Source: a virus. Taken from it: a stretch of DNA of 64,000 nt. Position 1 is the first letter of the stretch. Every line of letters begins with the position of its first letter. A program made the position numbers and the translations under genes. Below are positions 14,062 to 22,055 of the stretch, in pieces. The stretch is from IMG/VR virus record IMGVR_UViG_3300024502_000013, positions 9,995 through 73,994 of that record; one strand, written 5' to 3'. The notes under the pieces are model-generated. The model was not told the origin of the DNA. It ran no database searches and worked only from the letters and a program-made list of their open reading frames with translations.

Positions 14062-14122
14062 TAGGTTACTTTCAGCAATTTAAAAAACTTTTATGTCAAA
14101 AAAGCCAAAAGCGTAACCTGTT
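14062..14122 (+). ncRNA. CAGCAA-scaffold RNA D carrying a GTC (Asp) anticodon-like hairpin
   Basis: AGGTTAC/GTAACCT, TTCAGCAA, CTTTT-ATGTCAA-AAAAG, CCTGTT. Confidence 0.7.
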
Positions 14123-14140
14123 ATTTTGAAAGGAAATGTT

Positions 14141-15568
14141 ATGAACACTTTTGTGAATGCCGTTATGAATCAAGAAGCTCGTACCACTAATGGTATGAAG
14201 GCTCGTAAGTCTACCGCCAGTGCGGTCGTGGACTTGTTCTATAACATTGGTGCAAGCCGTGGCAAGGACATTGTTCCTGCTTTTACCGCTGCATTGGTTG
14301 AGAACCGTGAGTTGGCACTCCGTGTAGCTGCATGGGCTCGTGATGCTCGTGGTGGTGCAGGTGAACGTGAATCGTTCCGTAACATCCTCCGTTATTTGGA
14401 AAAGACTGATGTTGAAGCCGCAAAGGCACTCTTGGCTAAAGTTCCTGAACTTGGTCGTTGGGATGACATTTTTGTTTTCCAAACCGATGTGATGAAGTCT
14501 ATGGCTTATACCATGTTGGGTGACGCTTTGCGTTCTCGTAATGGTTTGGCTGCAAAATGGACTCCACGCAAAGGACCTATTGCGGCAGAAATTCGTGCGT
14601 TCTACGGAATGTCACCAAAATTCTACCGTAAGTCCTTGGTTGAATTGACCAAGGTTGTTGAAACCCAAATGTGTTCTAAAGAATGGGATGCCATTAACTT
14701 TAGTCATGTTCCTTCCGTAGCAGCTGCTCGTTATAAGAAGGCCTTCAACCGTAATACTCCAAAGTATGCGGAATATGTTGCCGAACTTATGAAAGATCCT
14801 AAGGATCGTACCATGGAAGTGAAGGTCAATGCAGGTGCGGTTTATCCGTATGATGTATTGAAGGGTCGTATCAGCCACTACTTGCCTTTTGACAAGACCG
14901 AATTGGACTTGATTCAAAAGCAATGGGAAGCATTGCCAAACTATGTAGGTGACGCAAGTATACTACCTCTAGTTGACGTTTCTGGTTCTATGTCCTGCCA
15001 TGCAGGTACGAACACCAAATTGTCTTGTTTAGAAGTTGCAGTGTCTCTTGGCCTGTATCTTGCAGACAAGAACAAGGGTAAGTTTAAGGATACCTTCCTG
15101 ACTTTCTCTGGTAGTCCAGAACTGATGCACCTAAAAGGCAACATCAACCAAAAGATTGACCAAATGGTTAAATCTAATTGGGACATGAACACTAACCTGA
15201 ACAAGGCATTTGAAAAAATCCTTGACACTGCGGTGAAGGGTGGTGTTCCACAAGAAGAAATGCCAGCGATGGTGTTGATTCTGTCTGACATGCAGTTTGA
15301 CGGTTGCGTTGAACATGATGACAGTGCAATTGAAATGATTGCACGTAAGTACCAAGAAGCTGGATACGAACTTCCAAAGGTTGTATTCTGGAACTTGAAT
15401 GCTTCATATGGCAACAGCCCTGTGAAGTTTGACAAGTCTGGTACTGCTCTGGTATCTGGATTCTCACCAGCAATCGTGAAACCTTTGCTGAGTGGAGACC
15501 TAGATGGTTTCACACCAGAGTCCGTGATGCTTAAAACCATCATGGATGAACGTTACAAAGTAATTTGA
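14141..15568 (+). CDS. DUF2828-type TROVE/Ro60-like helical protein with C-terminal vWA (MIDAS) domain
   Basis: RDARGGAGER, GRWDD, AAKWTPR in the N-terminal region; VDVSGSM, NTNL, ILSDMQFD, VFWNL in the vWA region; AAAGGA RBS. Confidence 0.8.
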   Translation: MNTFVNAVMNQEARTTNGMKARKSTASAVVDLFYNIGASRGKDIVPAFTAALVENRELALRVAAWARDARGGAGERESFRNILRYLEKTDVEAAKALLAKVPELGRWDDIFVFQTDVMKSMAYTMLGDALRSRNGLAAKWTPRKGPIAAEIRAFYGMSPKFYRKSLVELTKVVETQMCSKEWDAINFSHVPSVAAARYKKAFNRNTPKYAEYVAELMKDPKDRTMEVKVNAGAVYPYDVLKGRISHYLPFDKTELDLIQKQWEALPNYVGDASILPLVDVSGSMSCHAGTNTKLSCLEVAVSLGLYLADKNKGKFKDTFLTFSGSPELMHLKGNINQKIDQMVKSNWDMNTNLNKAFEKILDTAVKGGVPQEEMPAMVLILSDMQFDGCVEHDDSAIEMIARKYQEAGYELPKVVFWNLNASYGNSPVKFDKSGTALVSGFSPAIVKPLLSGDLDGFTPESVMLKTIMDERYKVI

Positions 15569-15595
15569 TAACGGGGTGATGCCTATATAATAGGC

Positions 15596-15671
15596 GTCAT
15601 TTTGAAGTATATTGTTGCAGACCCTAACGAAGGCGCTTGATTTAATCAAGAACAGTATATTTCAAAATGAT
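15596..15671 (+). ncRNA. spacer RNA closed by a 21-bp stem with G-U pairs
   Basis: GTCATTTTGAAGTATATTGTT / AACAGTATATTTCAAAATGAT. Confidence 0.5.
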
Positions 15672-15673
15672 AT

Positions 15674-15746
15674 GCGGGTATTCTCCTGGGAGAGAATTTA
15701 GCCTTCCAAGCTAACAGACTCGGTTCGAATCCGGGTACCCGCTCCA
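15674..15746 (+). tRNA. tRNA-Gly(TCC)
   Basis: Loop CTTCCAA, U73, CCA. Confidence 0.9.
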
Positions 15747-15752
15747 GTTTAT

Positions 15753-15819
15753 GCGGTTCGGTATTAACTGCACGAAATGCCCTTTCGTGAGTGTTGTGAG
15801 AATCAATAGAACCGCTCCA
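15753..15819 (+). ncRNA. 67-nt tRNA-Gly-like RNA with degenerate D and T arms
   Basis: GCGGTTC/GAACCGC plus TCCA; CACGAA-ATGCCCT-TTCGTG. Confidence 0.6.
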
Positions 15820-15834
15820 ATTAAGGTGATTGTT

Positions 15835-16032
15835 ATGGATGTGCCTTTGATTGCTCACACATATGGATGGTATAATGACATGCGAATGGTGACTGAATAT
15901 AAGACAACATATCATCAACAAGGCAATACAGAATATAAATCCGAAAGATGGTTTTATCCTGTGCAGATATATAATGAACAAGGTAAAGTGGTCCCAGATA
16001 ATAAAGGCCACAATATTGATATTATAGTTTGA
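15835..16032 (+). CDS. hypothetical protein
   Basis: AAGGTG RBS and ATG. Confidence 0.55.
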   Translation: MDVPLIAHTYGWYNDMRMVTEYKTTYHQQGNTEYKSERWFYPVQIYNEQGKVVPDNKGHNIDIIV

Positions 16033-16109
16033 AGCAGTGTAGAGAAGAGGCTATCTCACCAGGCTCATACCCTCGGAGGTCGGTGGTTCAAGTCCACCCA
16101 CTGCAACCA
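16033..16109 (+). tRNA. tRNA-Met(CAT), initiator-like
   Basis: Unpaired 1-72 (A.A), loop CTCATAC, CCA. Confidence 0.82.
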
Positions 16110-16122
16110 TTATGGAGATTGT

Positions 16123-16365
16123 ATGCAACCATTACATAATAAAGTGCTTGTTGAAAGAGTTCCTGGTGAAAGAACCACTTCATCTGGAATCGTATTAAGA
16201 ACCTCAGAAGAACCAGACCGTGCAAAGATTCTTGCGATTGGTCCTGATGTTAAAGAGGTATCTACTGGTGATGTTGTTCTATTAGATTGGAATGCAGCAA
16301 TCAAAACTGAAAATGAAAATTATGTTATACGGGAAGACCATATAGTTTTTGTTTACGGAGATTAA
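16123..16365 (+). CDS. groES: GroES-like co-chaperonin
   Basis: QPLHNKVLV..TSSGIVL..ILAIGP. Confidence 0.88.
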   Translation: MQPLHNKVLVERVPGERTTSSGIVLRTSEEPDRAKILAIGPDVKEVSTGDVVLLDWNAAIKTENENYVIREDHIVFVYGD

Positions 16366-16366
16366 T

Positions 16367-16567
16367 ATGTCAGATGGTGGTAAAGGTTCAAGTCCAAGAC
16401 CATTCAGCGTAGATAACAATACGTTCGCTGATAATTGGGAAAGAATTTTTGGTAAGAAAACACCAAAAGAAATTGACGATGCAATAGCTGAGGATGAGGC
16501 TTTTAAACAAGTCTTTGATAAGCAGGTTGTTATGAAACCTGAATATTACGATTTAGACCCTAAGTAA
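16367..16567 (+). CDS. conserved small phage protein
   Basis: MSDGGKGSSPRP..NWERIF; GGAG RBS. Confidence 0.65.
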   Translation: MSDGGKGSSPRPFSVDNNTFADNWERIFGKKTPKEIDDAIAEDEAFKQVFDKQVVMKPEYYDLDPK

Positions 16568-17191
16568 TTTTTCTAGTTCAGGTATTCTTGTTCTTGTGTT
16601 TTTACTACCAAGAACAATGACAACTTTATCATTTACCATTGCAACGATACATCCACCGGCTTTATTGATGAAGCCGGTTTTTGTTACTGTGTAATCGTAT
16701 TTACCCACTGTTGGGTTTGTGTTACGTTTCTTAATACTGCTAGCGTGTACAATTTCTGGATACTTACTGGATTCAATTACTATCTTCACTAATTCACCAG
16801 CAGTACTTACATTAAAGACAGACAGACCTGTTGGTTCTAAGAATTTGGTTTGTGTCAGGCCAAGTTCTCTGGCTTTTTGATTCATCATCCAGACACAATC
16901 ATAATAACCGCCAGGATAGATTTCACACAACTGTCTTGCAGCTTTGTTGTCTGAATAGACCAATGCACGTTCAACCAAATCCATTCTCTTTGGTAGATTT
17001 AATTCTCTTTGTGCATCTAGGTAGACCATGACTGTTACAAGTTTCGTAATGCTTGCAATTGGTCTTACCTCGTTTATGTTTTCACCATCAACTACACGGT
17101 TGTGGTCAACTACAATCCAACTTTTTGCTGTGACTTCAGCAAAAGAAGTTGAAGATACCAACATCAAAAACGAAAACAATAATTTAATCAT
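16553..17191 (-). CDS. peptidase S11 (PBP7/PbpG-like D-alanyl-D-alanine peptidase), secreted
   Basis: Signal peptide; SxxK (ASITK), SxN (SDN), KTG (TKTGF). Confidence 0.85.
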   Translation of the reverse strand: MIKLLFSFLMLVSSTSFAEVTAKSWIVVDHNRVVDGENINEVRPIASITKLVTVMVYLDAQRELNLPKRMDLVERALVYSDNKAARQLCEIYPGGYYDCVWMMNQKARELGLTQTKFLEPTGLSVFNVSTAGELVKIVIESSKYPEIVHASSIKKRNTNPTVGKYDYTVTKTGFINKAGGCIVAMVNDKVVIVLGSKNTRTRIPELEKLLRV

Positions 17192-17203
17192 AAATGAAAA
17201 TAT

Positions 17204-17332
17204 TTATTCTTCTATGTAATGTATTCCCACCAGTATGATGGCTACACATATTCCTAGAAAAATACTTATTGATAACGCTGCTCCAAATATTCCCAAGTCT
17301 AAGAGAATATCCCAAAATCCGTATTCGTCCAT
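17204..17332 (-). CDS. 42-aa membrane peptide
   Basis: MDEYGFWDILLDLGIFGAALSISIFLGICVAIILVGIHYIEE lies between two minus-strand genes. Confidence 0.5.
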   Translation of the reverse strand: MDEYGFWDILLDLGIFGAALSISIFLGICVAIILVGIHYIEE

Positions 17333-18097
17333 TTACCGTCCTATATAAATTTTCGGCTTCGCTTCCTCAGCTCTCTGTTCAGGAGTTTTGGGTATCCATT
17401 CTGTTCCTAAATGTGGATATTTTCTAATTCTATCTTCAACAACTAATGCAAACACCATTCCTATAGCACATGCTAGTACTAATGCTGATGTACCAAGCGC
17501 AATCTCAATCTTCAACCTACGCATTCTTCTGATTCTTCTTTTTCTTTCGGCTTCATCAGAACGCATTTGTTTCTTAATTGCGTTAACTTGTTCCTTTTTA
17601 ATCTTCTCCATCATTTCAGATACTTCGGTGTATAAAGCACCAAGTTCTGGCGGACTTTGATAGACTAACAATTCACGCAAATCAACACCCATTTTTTCAA
17701 GTTTTTTACGCATTAGAACCCTTTGCAGTGCTCTTTTACCAACACTCTCGGTTCCCGTATAAACTTCCTGAGCTTTTCTTTCTTCCTCGTCAAATATGGC
17801 AATACATTTAGCCATATTTTCAAAATATACTCCTAATTGTTCACCAATTTCAGCATAAACATCATCTGGATCCTTTTTGTTCAGTTCGACAACCCGTTGT
17901 TTTTCTTCCTGTAATTGCTGTCTAGCACCAGGAGGCACAGGTTTGCCCTCATATTTCTTACTGAATTGTTGGTCCAGGTCCTTGAGGATTTCTTTCACCT
18001 CACCGGCTGCACCTTTAATATCTTTGTATAACTTGCATCCTTGTTTAACAGCGGTAACCGCACCGTTAGCCAAAGCAAATAGCGTAAATGGATCCAT
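17333..18097 (-). CDS. coiled-coil membrane-anchored protein
   Basis: MDPFTLFALANGAV.., C-terminal TM helix; ATAAATA late box upstream (18184-18190, minus strand). Confidence 0.7.
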   Translation of the reverse strand: MDPFTLFALANGAVTAVKQGCKLYKDIKGAAGEVKEILKDLDQQFSKKYEGKPVPPGARQQLQEEKQRVVELNKKDPDDVYAEIGEQLGVYFENMAKCIAIFDEEERKAQEVYTGTESVGKRALQRVLMRKKLEKMGVDLRELLVYQSPPELGALYTEVSEMMEKIKKEQVNAIKKQMRSDEAERKRRIRRMRRLKIEIALGTSALVLACAIGMVFALVVEDRIRKYPHLGTEWIPKTPEQRAEEAKPKIYIGR

Positions 18098-18211
18098 TTT
18101 TTTCAGGGAAAATGATGTTGTCAGATGGTAAACAACGCACGGACCTATTGCAGATCCAGACAAAATCATATATAATACTGTAGTATTTATTAACTTAGTG
18201 AGGCTCTAATT

Positions 18212-18520
18212 ATGGATGTTAGATTATTAAAATTGGTGACGGGTGAAGAAGTTATGGGTGAAATTGTAAGTGACGGTGGAACGGTCATCTTAAAAAATCC
18301 AGTTCGTGTGGCTGTTGTCCGTGGTGCGGACGGTCAACCCAGTGTTGGTTTTGCACCATTTCCGTCTTATGCAGATGAGAAAAAAGACGCAACATTTGCC
18401 TTTCGTCTAGAACATGTAGTATACTCCTATGTTCCCGCACAAGATTTCTGCAAAAACTACGAACAAGTTTTTGGTCTTGGTTTAATTTTACCTGGTGAAA
18501 AACAAATTATTACTGGATGA
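18212..18520 (+). CDS. conserved T4-like small protein upstream of the polymerase
   Basis: RLLKLVTGEEVMGE..LKNP pattern. Confidence 0.7.
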   Translation: MDVRLLKLVTGEEVMGEIVSDGGTVILKNPVRVAVVRGADGQPSVGFAPFPSYADEKKDATFAFRLEHVVYSYVPAQDFCKNYEQVFGLGLILPGEKQIITG

Positions 18521-21060
18521 TGGACTTTTATACAAATGTACAGAGCTACGGTAACTATATTCTGTATCGTGGCATTATGGATGGTAAACGTGTCAAACAA
18601 AGAGTTGAATACCAACCATCACTTTATCTCCCAAGCAAGAAACAAACCGCATATAAATCCCTAGATGGAGTCAACCTGGAACCCAAACGGTTCGATTCCA
18701 TCCGTGATGCGAGAGATTTCTTTAAGAAGTATGACGGCATCCCTGGTGCACCTAAAATCTATGGTAACACCAGATTTGAGTATGCGTTTATTGCAGACCA
18801 ACACCCGGACATGGTTGAATGGGACCAAGACAAGATTGATATTGCAATTATCGACATTGAGGTTGGTTCTGAAAATGGTTTTCCCGACCCATATCAAGCC
18901 AACGAACCAATCACAGCCATTGCATGGAAGACCATGGGTGGTCACATGTATGTTTGGGGTTGTGGTGATTTTGTCAACGAAAACCCAGACAAGGTAAACT
19001 ACCACAAGTGCAAAGATGAATGGCATATGTGCAAGTCTTTTTTGACTGCATGGGCAACCAAAACACCTGATGTACTGACTGGTTGGAACACCAAGTTCTT
19101 TGATGTACCATATCTCGTCAACCGTCTACGAAAAGTTCTCGGTGAAGAAGAAACAAGAAAACTGTCACCATGGAATTTCATTACAGAACGAAAAACTGTA
19201 ATCAATGGCCGACAGATGACCGCATACGGTTTCTTGGGTGTTGAACAACTAGACTACATTGAACTATACAAATGGTATGCGCCAGGTGGTAAGTCACAAG
19301 AATCTTATCGTTTGGATAATATTGCCAACGTGGAACTCGGTGAGGGTAAAATCTCATATGATGAGTATGATAACCTGCACGACTTATACAAAAGAAACTA
19401 TCAGCTGTTTATTGAGTATAACATCAAAGATGCATTGTTGATTGAACGACTTGAAGATAAACTAAAGTTGGTCGAACTGGGTCTAACTCTTGCATACGAT
19501 ACCAAGTGCAACTACGAAGATATCTTTGCACAGACTCGTATGTGGGATTCGATGACTTATTCCTATCTACTGAATCAAGGTATTATTGTACCACCACGAG
19601 AGATTCAGGAAAAAGACTCTGCGTTTGAAGGTGCATATGTTAAAGAACCACAGGTCGGTGCACACAAATTTGTGGCATCATTCGACTTGAATTCTCTGTA
19701 TCCGCATTTGATGATGCAGTATAACATTTCGCCAGAAACTCTGATTGAACCGGAAAAGTACACACAAGAAATGCGTGATATCATTTCACAAGGCGTAAGT
19801 GTTGATAAAATGTTGCTTAAGACGGTTAACCTATCAAATTTGAGTGGTTGCACAATTACACCAAACGGTCAATTCTTCCGTACAGACATACAAGGTTTCT
19901 TGCCGAAGATGTTGGAAGAAATGTATGAAGACCGTAAGAAGTTTAAAAAGTTGATGTTGCAGGCACAACAGGAAAAAGAAAATGAAAAAGACAAATCAAA
20001 ACAATACGAAATTGAAAAACGAATCGCCAGATACAACAACCTACAACTCGCAAAGAAGGTCTCACTTAACTCTGCCTACGGTGCTTTGGGAAGCCAGTAT
20101 TTTAGGTTTTATGACCTACGCATGGCTCTGGGAGTCACTACAGCAGGCCAACTATCAATTCGTTGGATTGAACAAAAAATCAACCAGTACATCAACAAAT
20201 TAGTTGGTACAGAAAAAGAAGATTATGTTATTGCATCAGATACGGATTCAATTTACCTTAAACTTGGTCCTCTTATTGATAAGTTTGTTAAAGACCAAAC
20301 TGATACTGCAAAAGTTATCACCATCATGGATCGTATCTGTGAAGATAAAATTCAACCGTTCATTGATAAAAGCTACGAAGAACTTGCTACGTATGTAAAT
20401 GCGTATGCACAGAAGATGCAAATGAAACGTGAAGGTCTGTCTGACAAAGGTGTTTGGACTGCCAAGAAGCGTTACATTTTGAATGTATATAATAATGAAG
20501 GTGTTCAATATGCGAAACCTAAACTGAAAGTGATGGGTCTGGAAATGATTAAGTCATCCACACCGTCTGCTATCCGTGAACGCATGAAAGATACCATTGA
20601 ACTAATGATGAATGGTACAGAAGAAGATGTACAAAAGTTTATTGCCGATTTCAGAGAAGAATTTAAAAGATTGCCACCCGAAGAAATCTCTTTCCCTCGT
20701 GGTCTAAATGGATTAAATACCTATTCTGATTCGGTAACAATGTATAAGAAGGGCACACCAATTCATGTTCGTGGTGCAATTCTGTACAACCACAATCTGA
20801 AACAGATGGGTTTGGAAAAGAAATATCCGAAAATTCAAGAAGGTGAAAAACTCAAGTTTACCTATCTAAAGTTACCAAATCATTTCAAAGAGGATGTCAT
20901 TTCATATCCTTCACGAATTCCTCCTGAATTTGGTCTTGACAAATATATTGATTATGATGTACAATTCGATAAAGCGTTTCTGGAACCAATTCGCATTATC
21001 TTAAATTGTATGGGTTGGAAAACAGAAAAGACTAATTCATTAGAGGACTTTTTTGGATGA
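18517..21060 (+). CDS. 43: family B DNA polymerase gp43
   Basis: DIEV exonuclease motif, SFDLNSLYP, KVSLNSAYG, SDTDS, KKRY, C-terminal SLEDFFG clamp motif. Confidence 0.98.
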   Translation: MMDFYTNVQSYGNYILYRGIMDGKRVKQRVEYQPSLYLPSKKQTAYKSLDGVNLEPKRFDSIRDARDFFKKYDGIPGAPKIYGNTRFEYAFIADQHPDMVEWDQDKIDIAIIDIEVGSENGFPDPYQANEPITAIAWKTMGGHMYVWGCGDFVNENPDKVNYHKCKDEWHMCKSFLTAWATKTPDVLTGWNTKFFDVPYLVNRLRKVLGEEETRKLSPWNFITERKTVINGRQMTAYGFLGVEQLDYIELYKWYAPGGKSQESYRLDNIANVELGEGKISYDEYDNLHDLYKRNYQLFIEYNIKDALLIERLEDKLKLVELGLTLAYDTKCNYEDIFAQTRMWDSMTYSYLLNQGIIVPPREIQEKDSAFEGAYVKEPQVGAHKFVASFDLNSLYPHLMMQYNISPETLIEPEKYTQEMRDIISQGVSVDKMLLKTVNLSNLSGCTITPNGQFFRTDIQGFLPKMLEEMYEDRKKFKKLMLQAQQEKENEKDKSKQYEIEKRIARYNNLQLAKKVSLNSAYGALGSQYFRFYDLRMALGVTTAGQLSIRWIEQKINQYINKLVGTEKEDYVIASDTDSIYLKLGPLIDKFVKDQTDTAKVITIMDRICEDKIQPFIDKSYEELATYVNAYAQKMQMKREGLSDKGVWTAKKRYILNVYNNEGVQYAKPKLKVMGLEMIKSSTPSAIRERMKDTIELMMNGTEEDVQKFIADFREEFKRLPPEEISFPRGLNGLNTYSDSVTMYKKGTPIHVRGAILYNHNLKQMGLEKKYPKIQEGEKLKFTYLKLPNHFKEDVISYPSRIPPEFGLDKYIDYDVQFDKAFLEPIRIILNCMGWKTEKTNSLEDFFG

Positions 21061-22055
21061 TTTTCTTTACATTCTTAACAGCATTGGCTCTATCTGCCGT
21101 TGCCGCTTATTATTCTGTTATCGGTTTGGCTGCAATCTTTCCGGGTTCATATTGGCCAATCATTATTATGGGGTCTGTACTTGAAGCAGCCAAACTGGTA
21201 ACTGTATCTTGGTTATATCGTAACTGGAAGGTTGCACATTTGGGTTTGAAAACATACCTATCGGCAGCAACAATCATTCTCATGTTGATTACCAGTATGG
21301 GTATTTTTGGTTATTTGTCCAAAGCACACCTAGAGCATTCTTCGGACACTGCACCATTGGCAGCTAAGGTAGAACTATTGGACGAAAAGATCCGTGTTGC
21401 AAAGGAGAATCTAAATGCGAACCGCAAGATACTTAAACAGCTTGATGAACAGGTTGACCAAGCGTTGGGCAGAAGCAATGATGAAAAAGGTGTTGCTAAT
21501 TCCGTATACATCCGCAAAACCCAGCAAAGGGAACGAGTACGCATCTCTGATGAAAACGAAGCCTACCAGAAAACAATTAGCCAACTCACTGAACAACGGT
21601 TTCCATTGCAGAATGAACTCGCTAAAGCCGAATCGGATTTCGGACCAATAAAATATGTTGCTGAATTGATTTATGGTTCAGGTGAGAAAGACATTATTGA
21701 CAAGGCTGTTCGTCTTGTCATTATGTTAATTATGATTGTGTTTGATCCTTTGGCTGTATTGTTATTGATTGCGGCAAACATTTCAATGACTCAACCAAAA
21801 AAGGTGGATCCAAAACCTAAGAAAGAATGGGATTCATTCTTCAAGGGTAATACAGAAGAAAAACCAACCAAAATAGATGATATCGACATTCCGGTTTTTA
21901 CAAAATCACCTGATGTTGAATCTAAAACTGTTGAGGTGGAAAAAGATAATCTAATTGTAATTGATGGTGCGACAGAAGAAATGATACCTCCAATTACAAA
22001 GACTAAGTATGATTATACAGATAACTATTCATTTCGTGAAAAGGATAAAAAATGA
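21057..22055 (+). CDS. membrane coiled-coil protein
   Basis: N-terminal TM helices, ITSMGIFGYLSKAH, GPIKY, VFDPLAV. Confidence 0.7.
   Translation: MIFFTFLTALALSAVAAYYSVIGLAAIFPGSYWPIIIMGSVLEAAKLVTVSWLYRNWKVAHLGLKTYLSAATIILMLITSMGIFGYLSKAHLEHSSDTAPLAAKVELLDEKIRVAKENLNANRKILKQLDEQVDQALGRSNDEKGVANSVYIRKTQQRERVRISDENEAYQKTISQLTEQRFPLQNELAKAESDFGPIKYVAELIYGSGEKDIIDKAVRLVIMLIMIVFDPLAVLLLIAANISMTQPKKVDPKPKKEWDSFFKGNTEEKPTKIDDIDIPVFTKSPDVESKTVEVEKDNLIVIDGATEEMIPPITKTKYDYTDNYSFREKDKK

Noticed and set aside
9963-14122. CAGCAA elements or boxA repeats as a CRISPR array
   Set aside because: They are dispersed, of unequal length and not identical repeats with regular spacers; no cas genes are in the window.
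14096-15543. Long minus-strand ORFs opposite the TROVE-like gene (similar shadows lie opposite gp44, ahpC and the peptidase-vWA gene)
   Set aside because: They are antisense shadows of codon-biased genes with no RBS or recognisable motifs.
6750-16109. Suppressor tRNAs or stop-codon reassignment
   Set aside because: No anticodon reading a stop codon (CTA, TTA, TCA) was found, and core genes are intact in the standard code.
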